Shown: positions 62,375-64,000 of the stretch, piece by piece
Numbering within the stretch: position 1 is the stretch's first letter
How the letters are laid out: each line of letters starts with the position of its first letter
Assembly (NCBI GenBank): GCA_950097015.1
Contig: CATNEN010000035.1
Span: forward strand, 1,488,001-1,552,000
Origin: Macrostomum hystrix
Taxonomy: Eukaryota; Animalia; Platyhelminthes
Direction: 5' to 3'
DNA length: 64,000 bases
Position numbers and translations under genes: made by a program
Notes under the pieces: generated by a model
Told to the model about the DNA's origin: nothing
Databases searched by the model: none
The model's input: only the letters and a program-made list of their open reading frames with translations

Positions 62375-63737
62375 TAGGTCACGAACAATGGCTTTGAAAG
62401 TTATAAATAAATCATAGACTTATATTAAACTTTGCAACAATGGCACACAACTTGTACAAAAATAGCCTAAGTTCTTCAGTGTCTTTTTCTAATTTATTGC
62501 TCGTTATCGTAAAAACTCGTAAATCGTTAAAAAGCTAGTCTATTTTAATCGTTACTTCAAATTCGCTACACGTTCAACTGGCTGCTTAAAGAACTTGCTA
62601 CTTAGAGAACTCGTTCGCTAGATTTCGTTACTTGAAAAACTCGCTCAAGAAAGAACTTGTTACAAAAAGAAGCGCGTTGCATGACGAACTCGATAAACAA
62701 AGAACCTCTTTACATAAATAAATTGTTTCTTAAACAAACAAATCGTTACTAGAAGGACAAGAATAAAGAAAACTGAAACTCACAAAGTTTGTGTGGCTAA
62801 AGAAAAGAAAACTGAAAATATGAGTTATAGGTCAACTGTTGGAACTAGACGTTTGAAAATAGCGGGACCTGTACCGCCATCTGTTTCCAGCTCTCTAGGG
62901 ATTCGGTAATTACTGGAGAAATACCAGGCAGCTTGGAAATTGTGTGCCAGTTGACTAAAATTGAAACTCAGAAGTGAAAGTGTGGGAAAAATCTGTTGGG
63001 AAATAGACGAGTTACGAGTCCGACGAATATTATTCGTATTTTATTCGCTCTGGTTTACGCTCAAGCTGACGTGACGCTTCATTCGGTGTCGGGGCGCCTG
63101 CAACAGAGGAGCCCGCTGAATTTCCTCTGACCCTAATGGAAGTTTATTCCTCAACCTAAAGAAAGACCATTGGAGGGAGGAGGTGGGCGCCAGTCCGCTC
63201 TGCACCTGCTCCCCCTGCCCCTCCTCACCCTCCTGGTGCTGTCGCTTCACACACCGCTTCTGTGCGGCCAGAGTTGAGTAGTAAAACGATCTTGAGCTCA
63301 GTTACTTTCGCATCTCGATTTCCTCACTACTTGACTTCAAAGCCCCCCCTCCCAAAAATATTACCAACGTTTTTTGCTTTCGCAGTGGCAGGCAGAGGAG
63401 CTCAGTCAAGGACTGGTCGGGTGACTCGGAACTTGTTGGGGAGTTGCGGGGGTAGTTGCCAGCCGCTGTCGCTGACGTCTCCTATTGCTACGTGGACCAA
63501 TCGACCCAGAGTTCGACCAGAGCGCACTCAGCATTGCACAATGAGCTAGAGCTGTTGAGACTGACTGCATTGTTAGAATAGAGCCGAGGAGGAAGGGGTT
63601 GGGATCGGTGGTTGCTTTTAAAAAGGCAGCCGTGTTTCGAAGTTTCGGACACCTCACTACAAAAACATTCTTGGTCAGTATTCTCCTGCTTTTCTTAGTT
63701 CATTTTTGAAAGACAGCGCAACGCAGATCTGGTAGCA

Positions 63738-64000
63738 ATGTTCAGCAAGGCTCCTGTATTGTTCATCCTGGTGCTGCTGACTGTCACAGCTCTGTTGGCG
63801 GGCGCCGAGGGCGACAAGGGAGACAAGGGCGGCAAGGAGCACCACAAGGACCCCAGAGTCTACGACGCAAAGCCGTCGGACGCCGAGCATGAAGACGATG
63901 ACGACGATGATAGTGACAGCGGAAGAGACCATCACGACGATGACAAACATCACGAAGATGGTGAAGATGATGCCGACCATCATGACCCGAAATATGATCA
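63738..64000 (+). CDS. Secreted His/Asp-rich protein, 5' part (open at window end)
   Basis: MFSKAPVLFILVLLTVTALLAGAEG signal peptide followed by DKGDKGGKEHHKD..EHEDDDDDSDSGRDHHDDDKHHED..; no stop before the window end. Confidence 0.75.
   Translation, partial: MFSKAPVLFILVLLTVTALLAGAEGDKGDKGGKEHHKDPRVYDAKPSDAEHEDDDDDDSDSGRDHHDDDKHHEDGEDDADHHDPKYD

Noticed and set aside
63130-63590. Signal-like stretch (LHLLPLPLLTLLVLSL) and an exon-like segment after ttcgcag
   Set aside because: No in-frame ATG or clean donor, and an internal stop; at most a decayed pseudogene.
63675-63983. Hydrophobic minus-strand membrane-protein ORF
   Set aside because: Antisense of GAC/GAT/CAT-rich codons of the plus-strand His/Asp-rich gene.

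Overview
Eukaryotic, invertebrate-animal genomic DNA: spliceosomal introns, GC-rich exons in AT-rich background, and about 20% minisatellite. The style suggests a Macrostomum-like flatworm, but that is inference only. (1) 0-14.4 kb: two tandem two-exon genes for ~1055-aa secreted proteins with SE-cephalotoxin architecture (helical body, EGF, Sushi-like, TSP1, LDLa, Cys-rich C-terminal repeat domain). They are ~99% identical from promoter to mid-LDLa, then switch abruptly to ~60%-identical C-termini. A relic third 5' end lies between them. (2) 22-23.8 kb: an MPPED1/2-like metallophosphoesterase that has lost most metal ligands and ends in a CaaX box. (3) 24-41 kb: gene-poor, with minisatellites and SINE, mariner and RTE relics. 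(4) 41.2-46.0 kb: intact four-exon HIBCH. (5) 49.6-64 kb: a run of small secreted or surface proteins, mostly hidden from the ORF track by splicing: a two-repeat Cys-rich protein, a GPI-type mucin-like peptide, three stand-alone CUB paralogs (one frameshifted) and a His/Asp-rich protein running off the end. All gene models were spliced by hand from GT-AG sites and frame continuity. No database searches were run.
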